Shown piece after piece: positions 33,450 through 33,524 of a DNA stretch of 33,524 bases; the first letter of the stretch is position 1; every line of letters starts with the position of its first letter. Source of the stretch: an uncultured Erysipelotrichaceae bacterium (GTDB lineage: Bacteria > Bacillota_I > Bacilli_A > Erysipelotrichales > Erysipelotrichaceae); NCBI GenBank assembly GCA_964563265.1, contig CAZLWH010000003.1:1264-34787 (forward strand), given 5' to 3'. The notes below the pieces were generated by a model. That model was given only the letters and a program-made list of their open reading frames with translations. It was not told the origin of the DNA and searched no databases. The translations under genes and the position numbers were made by a program.

Positions 33450-33491
33450 TCTTTCACAAATCTTTCACTTTCAGAACCAACGATGTATAAT
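33450..33491 (+). promoter_or_regulatory. Promoter with a direct-repeat activator-type site in place of the -35
   Basis: TCTTTCAC occurs at 33450-33457 and again at 33461-33468 (11-bp period). An extended -10 TGTATAAT lies at 33484-33491, 17 nt after the second repeat. Confidence 0.35.
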
Positions 33492-33506
33492 GAACTGGTG
33501 GAAAAA

Positions 33507-33524
33507 ATGATCACAAAACCTCAT
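33507..33524 (+). CDS. Possible start of an unidentified CDS running off the right edge
   Basis: ATG 33507 (MITKPH...) follows GGTGGA. Only 6 codons are visible. Confidence 0.25.

Noticed and set aside
1-33524. CRISPR arrays, IS elements or transposases, prophage genes, toxin-antitoxin pairs or known defence-system nucleases.
   Set aside because: I saw no regularly spaced direct repeats and no transposase, integrase, nuclease or helicase-like translations in any of the tracked ORFs. The window appears to be housekeeping and accessory metabolism plus envelope functions.

Overview
This 33.5-kb window looks like chromosomal DNA from a mid-GC monoderm, Bacillota-type bacterium. That guess rests only on gene content, AGGAGG-type ribosome-binding sites (RBS) and TGnTATAAT promoters, and I cannot name a genus. 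Coding density is high and most intergenic gaps hold hairpin terminators. From left to right the window contains:
- a partial SIS-domain gene
- a Lac/Cel-family PTS EIIB-EIIA pair
- proBA
- an orphan PTS EIIB with a YczE-like membrane protein
- a DJ-1/PfpI protein
- a stand-alone tRNA-Leu(CAG)
- an ascorbate-family PTS cluster: a PRD/EIIA-type regulator, a HAD phosphatase with a membrane tail, EIIA, EIIC, EIIB and a split transketolase
- a convergent purine nucleoside phosphorylase (PNP) / SDR epimerase / Fsa-TalC aldolase operon
- a cytochrome b5/MAPR-like lipoprotein
- an ATP-grasp ligase plus esterase pair
- a lipoprotein serpin
- a split chromate transporter
- asnA
- a 7TMR-DISM GGDEF cyclase
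- a seven-gene filament-like operon
- an orphan Lac/Cel EIIC
- a frameshifted nfeD plus an SPFH gene
- an ABC-2 exporter pair

I saw no CRISPR array, IS element, integrase or rRNA. The best candidate for something undescribed is the reverse-strand operon at 23709-28324. It encodes a membrane-anchored transglutaminase-core protein, a GspF/ComGB-like platform protein, four small membrane-anchored proteins without a canonical prepilin signal, and a PilT-type ATPase as the only ATPase. No prepilin peptidase or assembly ATPase is visible. All functional calls come from reading the translations and remembered family motifs; no database search was possible.
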